Origin: Podarcis gaigeae
Taxonomy: Eukaryota
Assembly (NCBI GenBank): GCA_964106915.2
Contig: OZ066928.1
Strand: one strand, 5' to 3'
DNA: 64,000 nt
Positions 50,346-63,852 of this stretch are shown in pieces (position 1 is the stretch's first letter; the number at the start of each line of letters is the position of its first letter). The position numbers and the translations under genes were made by a program. Under the pieces are notes generated by a model. That model was not told the DNA's origin and did not search any database. It worked only from the letters and a program-made list of their open reading frames with translations.

Positions 50346-53300
50346 ACACCCTCTCCCATCATGCAAATTCATTCCAAAAGATTTGGAAAGAATTTGGATC
50401 ATTTCCTGAGCCAATCCAGAGTTTGGAAAGTCGCCAATATACATGCCTCAACTCCTAAGAACCCTCCTCTCTCCCTTTAGTCTCCTCAGTAGCAGCCCTA
50501 GGAGTGGCAGGTTGCACGGCAGAAGATCTGTCAATGTACTACTACATATTCAAAGGGCTACAATACCTTTCCTTTGGGTGCATTGCTATTGGCCAACTAA
50601 ATGGAAGAATGTATAGGAAGGAAGCCAGGACCTGGAGGGCTTTTATAAAACGCTTTTCCTTCGGAAGCATATTGCTACAGGCCTGGCTTGACAGAACTTG
50701 TGCTGACATAACTAGAGGTTATAATTGCTCTCTGAATTGAGTGGTTCCAGTGTGCTCCTTTGCAAGCAGCACATATAATATACAGAGACGACTTTTGCAC
50801 GCTGTTTTGGCAAAAATAAAAGCTATGTGAGGATGCTTTCCCTGCCCCAAAGCCATGCTTGCCTAGCCTCCAGCCCCACACACAGGAGCTGGGTCTCAGC
50901 ATTTGCTATTTGGGGTGTGGCCTCCAATGGCTGGATAAATACAAAAATCATGAAAGGCAATATCCACTAACTGATATTGCAAACAAACAAACAAAAAACC
51001 AGCACTGCAGATACATAATTCATAGCCTTCATTCCAGATTTTTCAAGGCTTTCGCACAAAACATTCACCAACTATTTAAAAATAAAATAACAAGAAGAAA
51101 CCAATTTGTAGTCTTCTTCCTTGGTTTGATGGCTTAAATCACCAAAGATGTGAACTAAAACCATACAATAAACTATGCGGAACTTGTTATATTTTAAACT
51201 ACAGAAAGTTGTTTCAAACACCATTTAGAAGAGGGCAGCCCAACATACAGCCCTGAGGTCTTTTTGGGGACTCTAGGTCCTAGAGACCTCCCGTCTTCTT
51301 CCTAAAGCACAGTTAGCACTTTTCCAGCTTTGGAAAAGGGGGGCTCTAGGACCCTGCAAGAGCCCTATGTCTCTTTCCCAAAACCTTAGCTGTTTTTATA
51401 ACTTGGGAGGTGTTAAATTTGGGCCTTGCTCTCCCCTCCCATACAACAAGGCAGTGTGAAGCCCACAGGTTCCATATTGTCAAAGTGCTCTCACGGCCCA
51501 CTTGGTATAAAAAGTTGGACCACCCTGACTTAGAAGCACACATTACCTGTGCTTACCTTTATACAGTTAGTGCTTTCTTGAGTATTTGTTTTGATAGCAA
51601 GTTCATGTCCTTTTGACTTCAGTGGGCCTGCACTCAGTATGAGTAACCTTGGATGTTATCCAATGTCCTTCCCTCATCAAACAACATCATGGCTACAACT
51701 GTGCTTGGCTCTGATTGCAAGCAAGATTGGCAAAGGTCCAACATATCATAGCACTTGAAATTTATGGTGTGAATGTAGCCTTATATTCTGCTTTTGTTCC
51801 ATGATGGATGTCAAAGCAGCACACATGGGGATGCCACGCAGCCCTCCTCCCAGGCAATTATTGGACCTAGATCTGTTTAACCTTCGGATCATGCTCCAAG
51901 AAGACGGCAGCCTTCACTGATGGCAATACTTGTCACCACCCTAGAAAGGCAGCCTCCTTGGAAACCAGTCTCCATCTGTCTATTTCTGAGAGCCACCCAC
52001 CTCTGTGATAAAGGCTAGGCACCAGCAGTTGACACCACCCACAAGTTGACACCACCCTATAAACACCTTCAGACCTCCAGTGTGTGGGTCACAGCCTCGC
52101 TATGCTTTTCGCCCATCTAGAAAGGTATGATAGTTTCCCTGATCCTCTCACTCCTGGTACACAGAACACATGTGCATGGAGATTACAGCTTCAGCAGTGT
52201 TTTCAACCATTTTTCAGAGAGAAACTGCAGAAGAATAGAAATGACTCTCATGTTTTTCCCTGCCCAGGAAACAGAGGAGCACACAGAGTCATCTGCCAAT
52301 AAGGGAGGCAAAAAGCTCAGCACAGTTTCCTTAACTGAGAAAATTCAGTGTTGCAAGCAAAGCCAAATTTATTTTGCAACAAAATAATTGCTCTCACAAA
52401 ACCAGAATTTCCTGTGCATTATTCAAGGTTCAGGCATTAACCAATGCTAAGAACTGAAGAATACCAGATCAAGGAAGATCATACCCTGTTCACTCACTGA
52501 ACCTTTCAAAGACATCCATAAGCCTAATTGCAAGAATTATCTAGACAAGCTGGCTGCACTTGGGTTATGCTCTTTGTAAAACCTGCTTTTAATCTAAATA
52601 GTGCACTCAGTAGATACTCCATTCCATGGAACTCTTTCAGAGCAAACAAGTCTTGGAAACATGATCACTACAATGGAAACACCATTCAGCTTACAATAAA
52701 TTAAAGGTGAATGGATGAACACAAAATCAGTGCAAGGAAAGTCTTGGGGAGAAATGGTTGAAAGAAAGACCATTAGGAACAAAAAGATAAGTTAGGTTCA
52801 TGGGCATAGCCAAGGAGGGAAGGGGGAAGGGGAAGGGCAGGGGGAAGGTTCTCCCCAAATCAAGTAAATCAATGGGGAAAAAATTTCTTAACTGAGGTTC
52901 TGCTCCCACTAGCAAAAAGTCTGCCCCCTCCCTCAACATAAATCCTGCCTACACCCAAGGTTAGGTTTAGTGATGCACATCACTCCTTTTTAAAAAGTAT
53001 CTGTTCTAAGTGCAACTCTAGTTTATGAAGTCTGATAAAACAGCCATGAAAATGAAAAGGGCAGGTGTTATTAGGAAGCCACAACATGCTGGAAAATATT
53101 GTTTACCAACTCAATTGAGCCCTGAGTGATTTTTCAACTCTCCACTTGCAACCTTGCTCCACAGCAGGCAATCGTCTAGAGCAGGGTATTAAACCAGTCC
53201 AGACTAGTGTGGTGTCACTTAGAAACGGACCACTCAGGAGCATGCTCAAACAGCTTTGCAAATCATGCTGAGGGGGAAACTCCGCTCCATGCCAAAATTG

Positions 53301-53379
53301 GTTAAGGCATGTTGGAGGTCCCTGGTGCCCTGCCCAATGACAGCTTGCAAGATCAATTTCAGTTGCTGCAGCCCAAAAA

Positions 53380-54262
53380 TGTTGACAAGACACTTGCAGT
53401 GGTGAGGCTGACTATGTGCCCTGTTGATCCCTTCATGTATGGCAACATCTCACAGAACCGGAATGACTGGATGAGTTCAGATCAATGCCATACCACAGGA
53501 GTTGTGGCCTCTTCCCCGAAAGAGGTGATGTGAAAACCAGAGATTCTAAATGACACTACCAACCAGTCTCTAATATTCCCTCACTAGGCAAGGTGATTGT
53601 GAGGGTGGTGCCTAGCCAGTTTCTGGGATGCTTGGAGGAAGCAGATTCTTCAGATGATTCCAGTCTGGTTTCAAGCCCAGTTTTAGAAGCACAACACCCT
53701 TAATTACCCCTGACTGATGACTGCTATCAAGATGGGGGAGTGTGACCCTGATGGTTCTCCTTGACCTTTCCGTGGCTTTTATTTATTTATTTCATAAATT
53801 TATACACTGCTTCATTGTAAAAACAAAAAACCCAACAACATCAAAGCAGTTTACAGTACAAAAGAAACAGTAAAATCAAGAAAAATGATTTAAAACATGT
53901 TAGAATACTAAAGCATGCTAACACTTTTGACACCATTGACCGTGGTGGTGGAGGCAGCCCCGGTTGGCAATTACCTGGTCAGGGCCTTCTCAGTGGCAGT
54001 CCCTCATTTTTTGAATGCCTTCCCTAATAAGGTGTATCTGTCCCCCTCATCACTGAATTTGAAAATACTTCTCTTTACCTAGGCATTTGATTGCTAAAAG
54101 TTACTGTTCCTGGCATACCTCAGATCACTGATCGATATTTCTTTTAACTGTTTAGAGAAGGGGTGTTAGAAACAGTCTTAGTTGTTATTGTTCTTTTTCA
54201 TATTTTATCTTTGCTGCGTCTGCAACCCTGGGCTCCTTCAAAAGGAAGGCCAGGATATAAAT
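53380..54262 (+). mobile_element. highly decayed L2 fragments
   Basis: gtctctaatattccctcactaggcaaggtgattg...ttctccttgacctttccgtggcttt...tttgacaccattgacc...agggccttctcagtggc parallels the RT/3' region of the young L2. Confidence 0.6.
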
Positions 54263-54264
54263 TG

Positions 54265-54270
54265 AATCAG

Positions 54271-54303
<33 letters not shown>
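54265..54303. repeat. (AATC)n microsatellite
   Basis: Read directly. Confidence 0.9.
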
Positions 54304-54304
<1 letters not shown>

Positions 54305-56558
54305 TGCCATCATTTGTTCAACAAATGATGAGGAAACAAGCTAGAAGTTGTTCCTCCAAAATTTGGCGTGTTTTCCAGCTGCTCTCATTACTTTGTAGCT
54401 TGAGCAAGCATCAAGGCTGGAGCAATCAAACAAACTATGATTAAGCAAGCTTGCGACATTCAAATAAAACACCATCACTTTATAAACCCATAGTTCATAA
54501 TCCAGCAAAAACCATGGGTTCTCACCAGGGCTGTCTTAAGCATATGCAGCGCCGGGGTGAAAAGATCCGCTCGGCGCCCCTCCAGGTTGCCTAGTCCCAG
54601 GTGCGCAGGAGGGCAGAGCCAATCGGCCACCTAAGCATCTTGCTAGCTCAGTCACCCCCCCCAAACTCAAGGCACAGAGCTGCCTGCAGCAGAAGAGCTC
54701 ACTATGGAGCTCCGACCGACAGGCAGGCTCTTCCCCGGACTCAACTCTTGGGCCCCACAGTCTTGGCCTGGCTTCCCTGAGAGCCCTGCACCCCTAGCAC
54801 CTATGGATCTCACTTTGCCTAAACAAATCATGGCTTAATCATAACATGTAAACCAGGCCATTGAGTAGCTCAACAAAAATGTTAACAGTACAAATTGTTA
54901 CAAATTTGATGCTCCAGTTTTTCAAGTTGATAGAACCATAATTAACAGAGTTATGACAGGCAATTACAACGAACTGGAATCCACAAAACCTTACCCCTAA
55001 TTCAAGGAGCTGTTATTCCACCAACCCAAACCTTGGTAAAGAAACATTATTAGACAAAGGAATTTTTGACTAACTTCTACAGGTAAGTACCTTCTGGGTT
55101 TTTTAAAAGTAGTTAACTAAATGTGAATCCTACTGTAGACAGTAACATATAGCACTAAACAGCCTTCAGGAGTGCAGTATTTCTGGCCAATCTACCAAGC
55201 AAATAATTTCTGTTTGCTAAGTGGAGCGTGAGAAATGTAACCTTTTCAAAAGGAAAAAAGGATCAAAAAAGAAAAGGTTAGGTTTGTATGCTAGAAGTGA
55301 CAAACCTCCAGCCATTTGGGTGCTGAGTGTTACATCAAGGTGGGAGCATATTACTCCAATTCTATTTATTAATTATTAGTAGTATTTATTATTATTAAAT
55401 TATTTATTATTATTATTATTATTATTATGTCTATACAGCCCTTCATCCAAGGATCACAGGGTGGTTTACAATATAAAAACACAAAAATATATACCATAGT
55501 AACTAATAAAAACAATAAACCCACCCACAGTTTAAAAGGCCATCCATTATTTAACTACTTAAAGCTAGGACATTTATCATTTGCACTGCCTACCTATATT
55601 CTTCCAGGCCCAATTCAAGATGGTGACTTACAACAGCCTGAATGAATTGGCCCCACATATTTGAAGACGACTCACTCTATCTGTAACCATCGTTTTTCAG
55701 TTTTGGGCCTGAAAACTGTATTAGCCCACAGGAAAGCTGCCAGGTGCGAGATGGACTATAATCACACACCTTTCACACACCATATCACACACACCGAAAG
55801 AGAGAAAGCCATTTTCCATGAAAACAGAACCAAATTTTTAATTCTAATTCCAATTCTTCTTAATATCTGTATTAATATTATTGATTCAAACACTTAATTC
55901 TAATTTTAATGTTGTTCAAGTTTCCCTTTTATATTTTCTTCAAAGACCTTTCCCTTTGTGAATAAATAAGAACTCTCCTGCAGTATGCCCTTTATCTGTC
56001 CAAAATGTGGAAAAGGCAAAATCCTCAGTAATCCCAGAAAATGTAACACTAATGCAAACCTGAACTTCGCAGCTATTTAAAACCTCTGATTTCAACTTGT
56101 GTTTGCAAGAGCAACAATAGCAGCAAACTGCATGGGCTGCTTCTTCTATATTTCCAGGAAACACAAGCCTGCTGAGACTATTTTCTTGCAGAGGAAGCAG
56201 CTACAACTGCACACTTTGAAATCCAAAAGCCCTTTCCCTTCAGAGGGAATTAAATCTGGCTGTCAGAGATTCACCACACCTGGTCTGTGCCATATTGATT
56301 TAAACCTGATAGCTATAGGCTTATGCTATATGCAAAACCATGCCTTTTGTAGTTGATATGCTTCCGTTTCTATTAAATAGTGGGTGGAGATAGCAGACGA
56401 CAGAGAGATTTTTCCAAGTAGTTCTTTATAAGTAAGCTGGAACTGAACAGCAAACAGCTCAGCCAGCGTGCTTTTATAGGTAGCCGGCTGTCAACATTGT
56501 AACAACCCAGGGTTTCCCGACTAAATTAACTGACGTGGACCTGAGTGAAAACTACATA

Positions 56559-56829
56559 CAGTGGTACCTTGGGTTAAGTACTTAATTCGTTCCAGAGGTC
56601 CATTCTTAACCTGAAACTGTTCTTAACCTGAAGCACCACTTTAGCCAATGGGGCCCCCTGCTGCCGCGCCACCGGAGCACAATTTCTGTTCTCATCCTGA
56701 AGCAAAGTTCTTAACCTGAGGTGCTATTTCTGGGTTAGCGGAGTCTATAACCTGAAGCATATGTAACCTGAAGCGCATGTAACCTGAAGCGCATGTAACC
56801 TGAAGCGTATGTAACCCGAGGTACCACTG
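56559..56829. mobile_element. Tc1/mariner MITE, family 2 (inverted; expanded 16-bp subterminal repeat)
   Basis: Same TIRs; the atgtaacctgaagcgc unit is repeated ~4x at 56745-56815; TA TSD. Confidence 0.88.
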
Positions 56830-58336
56830 TACACTATATCCCTGGTGACCAGGGTGAGAACTTCAATACATAACAGTTTCTCCCCATGTGGTTGACACAG
56901 CCACCTCAGAAATTAAATGTAAAATATTAATATTAGTAACTTCCTACCTCCCAAGGACAGTCACACAATTGCCTCTGTCCTTCCAGTGGCATCACTGGCT
57001 GGTCGCTGGAGACATTTAATACTGGTTTGGTTACCTAGACAACTCACTCCTGGACATTAATTCAAGAGTGAAGAAAATTCCTCAGCCTGGGAGCCACATT
57101 CCCTAGTCGGTAACCTTCCAGGGATCACATGCCTGTGATGGGTAGGTAAATGGATCATGGAATCACAGAGCTGAAAGGGACCATTAGGTTCATCTACTTT
57201 AACCCCCTGTAATGCAGGAACCAAGAGGCATTATTACAGTTCAATAACATGTCTGCCAGCTTGGCAAAACAACTAGAGGAAAATGTGGAGCAGTGTCAGT
57301 AGAGGGGTTGGGGGGAAAGCATGTGGAGATTCTTGGGGGCTGTACAGAGAGGCCGAGGGGGGCACATTTGGCCCCAAGGCCCAAAGTTCCTGACTCTTGC
57401 TTTAAATAATGTCAAAGGTCAAGCTGAAACGCCCACTGCACATGCCTATTCCATGTTCTCTTTGCTTGCAAGATCAGTTTGAAGACTGCAGCATCATTTG
57501 AGGTTCTGCAGTATTTCTAGTTCCAAATCGGGGGCATCATTTGTACATTAAGTTATGGAGGAGAGGGACAAAAGCAAAAGAAGTGACCTTGCTATTCACC
57601 GCCATTCCTGGTACATTAAGCCGGTGCATTTCCGCTCACCTGCAAATGTCAGGGGCAAGGTGTCTGCAAGGTTTACCCTGAAGCTCTGCCTAGAACAGGT
57701 GCCATCTCCAGCCCAAAAGGCAGCAGCAGCAGCAAAGAACAAAATGCTCAGTTCGCCCCACACAGCATTCCAAAATAGCACAAAGATCAGCGCTTCTCAG
57801 TGTGCCAAAATCTTCTCTGTGCATTAATTAAAAGGCAACTGCTCTTTCATTGAGAACAACCTGCTCTTCTCAAACTCCAAAACGTAGCCAAATTCAGCAG
57901 AACTAAGACCTTTTGCAAAAGCCTCTAGGTCTGCTAAATTTGAAATACATTAGGCACTTTGAAGGCAAAAAACCTTTTTGACTGAGAGAGGGCCACATTT
58001 AAGCAGTGAGAAGCCGTTGTTGTTTTCCAATATTTGAGCAGATAGCTGATAATTGTGTTTATGCAAGCTATTCGTTTCTTGCTCATTTTTTTCCAAACTA
58101 GAACACATGTGGGAGATACCTCACTATAAAAATAGTAATCCTCCTCATTAAGTTTTCACACACAAGCTGTTGCTTGAAGTTATGCTAGAGAAAGCCAGAG
58201 TTTGACCTAATTTAGACCGATAGCTACAAGATCATGCAAAATTACAACTGAAAATATTATTTTTGCTAAATAACAACTGATAATAACTGATCCTGTTTGA
58301 AACTGGTGGATTGGGAGTACTACTCCCCCCCCCCCT

Positions 58337-58655
58337 TTTTAATATTTTATTAAGTCTCATAATAAAATGACATTAACTCCAACAAAACCTACAGAGCGTT
58401 ACATGCATAACTCAGTAATATACAAGCAGAAAATTGGAGCAGGGACACTATCAACTAAATCACTGAATGCATCGCCAAGGCTTGAACTATCCATGACACA
58501 GCCTCTCCATGACGAAGTATGTGTAGCTGGCGGTCTTGCGTTAACATCGCTTCTGCTTTCAGAGCTGATATAGGGGAACCATACTTTGTCAAAATGCTCT
58601 TGTTTGGTTTGGCCTCTCACGACTCTTCTCCTTCTGTGTGACATTAAATGCTCAG
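58337..58655 (-). mobile_element. L1/Tx1-clade LINE 3' fragment
   Basis: Minus frame HLMSHRRRRVVRGQTKQEHFDKVWFPYI resembles the F-x-K-x-W-x-P C-terminal motif of L1-clade ORF2; followed by AATAAA and a short A tail. Confidence 0.5.
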
Positions 58656-58894
58656 GAAAAGTCAGATCCCAAACTTGATTTTGGGATCAGGCGTAATTAT
58701 TATTTTTTTAGATGTTTGGGGGGAACAGAATTTATAGGAACATTATTATTCTTTCATTAGTATCTATGTAGACCAGCTGCTTTGTATTAATGTAGGCCCT
58801 GTCATGCATAAACCAGTAAGTAGCCTGGGTACAAATACTCTAGATAGACAGACAAGGAGAGAAGAGGGAAACTGGAAAAGTGGGAGATGAGTTA

Positions 58895-59105
58895 GAGATA
58901 AGAACAGCTAAAGAGTGTGTTGGACTAGGGCCTGGGAGACCAGGATTCAAATCCCCACTCAGCTATGAAGCTTTGGTCAGAGACTCTCTCTTAGCCCAAC
59001 CTACCTCAGAGGGTTGTTGTGAGAATAAAATGGGGAGGGAGAAAACCACGTATGCCAACCTGAGCACCCTAAAGAAAAGGTGGGCTATAAATGTGTGAAT
59101 AAAGT
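58895..59105 (+). mobile_element. older MIR-related CORE SINE
   Basis: agagtgtgttggactaggg...ggattcaaatccccactcagc...ctacctcagagggttgttgtgagaataaaatgg. Confidence 0.65.
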
Positions 59106-60634
59106 AAGTGTGAACAAGAGAACAAATGCAACACAGTTGAATATGTAAACTGAGCTAGAAGTAAATGAGGTTGCATGATCAGGGAGCCAAGAAACAGAGT
59201 TTAGGTTGACAGCACCTTTTCAGAATTTTATTTCATCCTTTTCTTTCCCTTGTTAAAGTTGCAAAAAAATTGTTAAAAAATCTTTTTTTAAAAAAAAAAT
59301 AAGGAGTACGTCCAGCCGAAAAGGGGTCTGAATGGAATTTAATGAAACTCACTGGACTGAAAAGGCTTATTAGACTCCCATTTAAAATTATGTAAGAGGA
59401 CATCATGTCCCAAATCCCACTGTGATGCATGCACCCAAATAATAATTCCAGTTTAACTGCCACTTTCTAAAGCCTAGTGTAAATCAAGTGATTCTGTGTA
59501 CATAGCAGTTCTCCAAATATTGGGAAGGGCTTATAATGAAGCATTAAAAGTGTTGTACCTCTCTCAAGCCATTCTTCTTTTAAAAGGTACTCAATCACTG
59601 TACAAATAAATACACCTACTTTTCCTTCCGTGATTTTCAGCCACTTTTTTTTTTTACAAATACCCAAACGTACTTGAAAAATGGGACCTTAAGTTGAGCT
59701 CTTGTAGAGTTAGATTTGTGCAACCACCTCCCACACAAACTACAGCCTAAATGACATAAAAAAAGTTAAGCTTCAGGTGACAGGTTAAGGAATGCTTTAG
59801 AAATGTCTCTTCCAAGCATTGTGACAATCTGTTTATAAAGTGGTGGTCTGAATGTTTGCAGGTAAGGAGCTATGAAGCAACTTGCTTCTCTAAGTGCATT
59901 TTATAGAATAGTGTTTGTGCAGAAAAAGAAATTCACTGCAGGTGCCTGCAAACAAAGAGATTTTAAGCTCTTTCTTCTCTTTCCTTTGTTGTTTCCATGT
60001 GACAAATTCTAAACTGTAAGCCCCTCAGGGCAGGGATCTGTCCCTTTGTACTCTGCAAAGTGCCACGTACATGGCTGATACCACAGCAAAACCAAAAAAC
60101 ACTTCTGCGCAAGGGTGGCTAAGTTCTGGCCCTCCAGATGCCGTTGGGACTCAAACCCCATCATTCCTCAACAATAGAGTGTGTGGACCATGGCTGAAAG
60201 GAGCAACATTTGGAGAACCAAGGACTTAGCCATCTTTGCTTCAAAGGCCTTCAAGGCTTGGAAGATGTATGTGCCGCCCCATACACTCCACTTAGCATCA
60301 GAGGAACATTTTGGGGAAGGGTTGGAACTCAATGGTAAAGCATCTGTTTTGAATGTAGAAGGTCCCTGGTTCACTCCTGGCATCCTAGGCAGGGCTCCTG
60401 AATAAAACCCCAGAGAGCCGTCAGTGTTAGAAACTTAGCTATGAAAGCTAGGAGCTGAACAGCACCTTAAACTTTAAACCTAAGGTTATGGGCGCAACAA
60501 TGAAATGTCTGGGCGTTGCTTTTTTATAACAAGAATACAAAGCTAAAAATGAATGAACTGCAGGTAAAATATCATGTCCATTTTTCACACGGTCTAGTTC
60601 TTCCCCTGACCATCACCCCCAATATTCTTAAGAG

Positions 60635-60929
60635 CAGGGGTAGGCAACCTAAGGCCCGTGGGCCAGATGTGGCCCAGTCGTCTTCTAAATCCAGCCCACA
60701 GACGGTCTTCTGCCGAACCAGAGCAGCGCACGGAAACACCATTTACCGTCCCGCTGGAGTGGTACCTATTTATCTACTTGCATTCTGATGTGCTTTCGAA
60801 CTGCTAGGTTGGCAGGAGCTGGGACCGAGCAACGGGAGCTCACCCCGTCGCAGGGATTCGAACTGCCAACCTTTCGATTGACAAGCCCAAGCGGCACATT
60901 GTTTTAACCCACAGTGCCACCTGCATTCC
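60635..60929. mobile_element. chimera: hAT MITE end (60635-60707) fused to a partial Sauria SINE (60708-60929, -)
   Basis: The first 73 nt match the start of the MITE at 22913; the rest matches the SINE body and head. Confidence 0.8.
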
Positions 60930-61557
60930 TATTGCAAATTATGCACCCACTTTAGCTTCCATGCATATGCCATTTTTGCCACAGTAGCTGCATGGGCAAG
61001 AGTGGGAATAGCCCACAAGCTGCCTTCAGATGCTGTGAGTTCCCATCATCCTTGACCATTGCCCATGATGACTTGGGGATGACAGTAGTACACAATATCT
61101 GGAGGGCACTACATTTGCTATCCCTGGACAAGAGTCTGGGAAGGGCTCTGCAGAAACCTTTTCCACTGAAATTTGTTTCAGTTCAAAGTATGCAACCAAA
61201 CCATTCAGCTTAATTATCCAGGTCAATGACTAGCCTAGGATTGGATTTCCAGACCATGTGAGACCCCATGAAAATTATGGATTGAAGTGACAATGTCTAT
61301 TCAACATACTGTCAGGTAGAGACAGCAACTGACCTAAGCACACTTAGCTAGGTGTAAGCCCCACTGAACCTAGTGTGGCATACTTCTAAGCAGACATGCA
61401 AAGAATTGCACTGTTGCTATTTTTACTCAGCATTAGAAATAGGTCCACAGTTATTAGGCCACTAGCACATATAAACACATATGTAATACACGAAGGGACC
61501 GAGAAAAAGACAGCCAAGTATTTAAATCTGTAACTCCCTTGTTACCTTACCTTGTTA

Positions 61558-61916
61558 AAAGGTAAAGGTACCCCTGCCCGTATGGGCCAGTCTTGATAGA
61601 CTCTAGGGCTGTGCGCCCATCTCACTTAAGAGGCCAAGGGCCAACGCTGTCCGGAGACACTTCCGGGTCACGTGGCCAGCGTGACAAAGCTGCATCTGGC
61701 GAGCCAGCGCAGCACACGGAAACGCCGTTTACCTTCCCGCCAGTAAGCGGTCCCTATTTATCTACTTGCACCCGGGGGTGCTTTCGAACTGCTAGGTTGG
61801 CAGGCGCTGGGACCGAGCAACGGGAGCACACCCAGCCACGGGGATTCGAACCGCCGACCTTTCAATCGGCAAGCCCTAGGCGCTGAGGCTTTTACCCACA
61901 GCGCCACCCGCGTCCC
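61558..61916 (-). mobile_element. Sauria SINE, subfamily B
   Basis: Perfect 14-bp TSD accttaccttgtta (61544-61557 / 61917-61930). Confidence 0.92.
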
Positions 61917-62104
61917 ACCTTACCTTGTTACCTGAAGGCAATTCTTACCCAGTGAAGGCAAATGGATATTGACAAGCCTACATTAAATCTATGGTATTTA
62001 TATTTATCACTTCAACCCGACTGAAGCTGTATTCACAACACAACATATATAATTGCTTATAGACAATAACTGGTGGTTTTCGTATTTCCAAATGCAAAAC
62101 TAAA

Positions 62105-62221
62105 TGGTTTGTATCCAGTGTAAATCATACTCAAAGTAGACCTATTGAAATTAATGGTCATGACTAACTTAGGTCCATTAAGTTCAATGGTTCTACTCAG
62201 AGCAGAACTCAGATACAACCT
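62105..62221. repeat. short fold-back interspersed repeat (squamate MITE-like)
   Basis: ggtttgtatc...agtagacctattgaaattaatgg...ccattaagttcaatggttctact...gatacaacc. Related copies at ~378-487, ~31810-31940, ~61325-61415. Confidence 0.6.
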
Positions 62222-63852
62222 AAGTATTTCCTTCCCTGTCCTTGCATCATCTTTGTAACCAAATGTCTTTTGCATTAAGGCACGATTCCAAACTCATTAA
62301 TCAGTTCCTTTAATCACCAACTTAAGACTGAAACAAACTGTAGAGAATGTTTTACATCATGCCCTCTTTTTACCCATATTTCTCTCTCCCCCGCATCCTG
62401 TTCCATTTGCTTTTAAACATCCAGCATGAGGAAGAGCGTCTACGTATCTCGAAAGCTCAATTACCACAATGTGAACTTTGGCTGGCCCTAATTGAAAGTA
62501 TTTTGCTACCGCTCTTGTTTCAAAGATTCCTTCCTGGAAATCAGAAGCAGAGCGCTGAATGAAACAGCTACTAATAAAATATAAAGGAAAAGAAATTGCA
62601 TAGCCCCCCCCCCAAGACATACACAGCTGAAAAGTCCACTGCTGCCTGAAAGCTGCTCCCACACACACTCTTCCTCTGTAAGAACTAATTTGTCTGATTT
62701 CAGTGTTGTCAACATAGATCATTTAGTCCAAGATACAGTATCACAACAGGCCCTCTTTAAGATATGGGGGCAGTTCCCTTTGTAGTAAAGGCAGAAGCTA
62801 TGTTTTTCTTGGCTACTTTAGGCTCAGTAAGCAGCTGTGGTTGGCAGCAACTCAAGCTTTATTTGCTTATCAGGAGTTTGGCGATAGTCCCATTGATGCA
62901 ATTAGAATTGTAATTAGTGAGACCCATAAACTAGTAATATAAACACTTCACCACACAGCCTAGCCTAGAAATGCCCACCTCACATTCATAGGTTATTATT
63001 TTAGCTAGAAGTCAACCATTCCCAATTCTTTTCCCCGCTATGGAAAAATCTAAGCTTCTGCATGTTCAAAACTAAATATTTCCCTGCCCAGGAAAGCCCC
63101 CATGGTGCCAGTCTTATCTTTGGGGTAACAAATATGGCTCTGCCAGGGTTTTGAATATAATCTTATTGGATGCCACCATTTATTATACATTAGCTATTTA
63201 TTTTATCTTGGTGCTCTCTTTTTTTGTAAAGTACCCTAGAAGCTTTGCTGAAGGGAGGTAATATATAACATAAAATAATGTTTGTAGTAAGAAGAGCCCT
63301 GATGGATCAGCATTCCATTTCCTAGAGTGCTTAACTAGATAGTTACAAGAAGCCAAATAGCAAAACTTGAGTGCAATGATGCTTTCCTCCTGGTCACACT
63401 CAGCATCTGTTATTCAGAGCTGGCATACTGACTCTGATCCTAGAAAACACAACACCGCTAAGCAGGATAATTTCAAAGGAGTTCACTGCCAAAAATGAAA
63501 CCTTATCCAATCAGGGGTGCCAACTTGAATAAAATATTGGGAGGGGCAGGTAAGCCCTACACCACACAATCATTCACAAGACACACACACACCATTTGAA
63601 TGGCAATACCCATTAACTTGGGGTTGGGGGCCTTAAATATTTTAGGAGAGGGCTGAAGGGACCTTGGCCCCTTGGAGTTGGCTTCTATGATCTCCATATC
63701 TGGAATGAATGCCTATTATGCTAATGACCTGTTATACCATCTACTTTTATCCCTGAAAAAAGGCAGATATTTCCAGGAAAATTCTGTTTCCAGTGTGGCT
63801 AAACAAAAGGGGTGCAAAGGTTTTTGTTGTTTTCTTTAACAGTATTCCTCAC

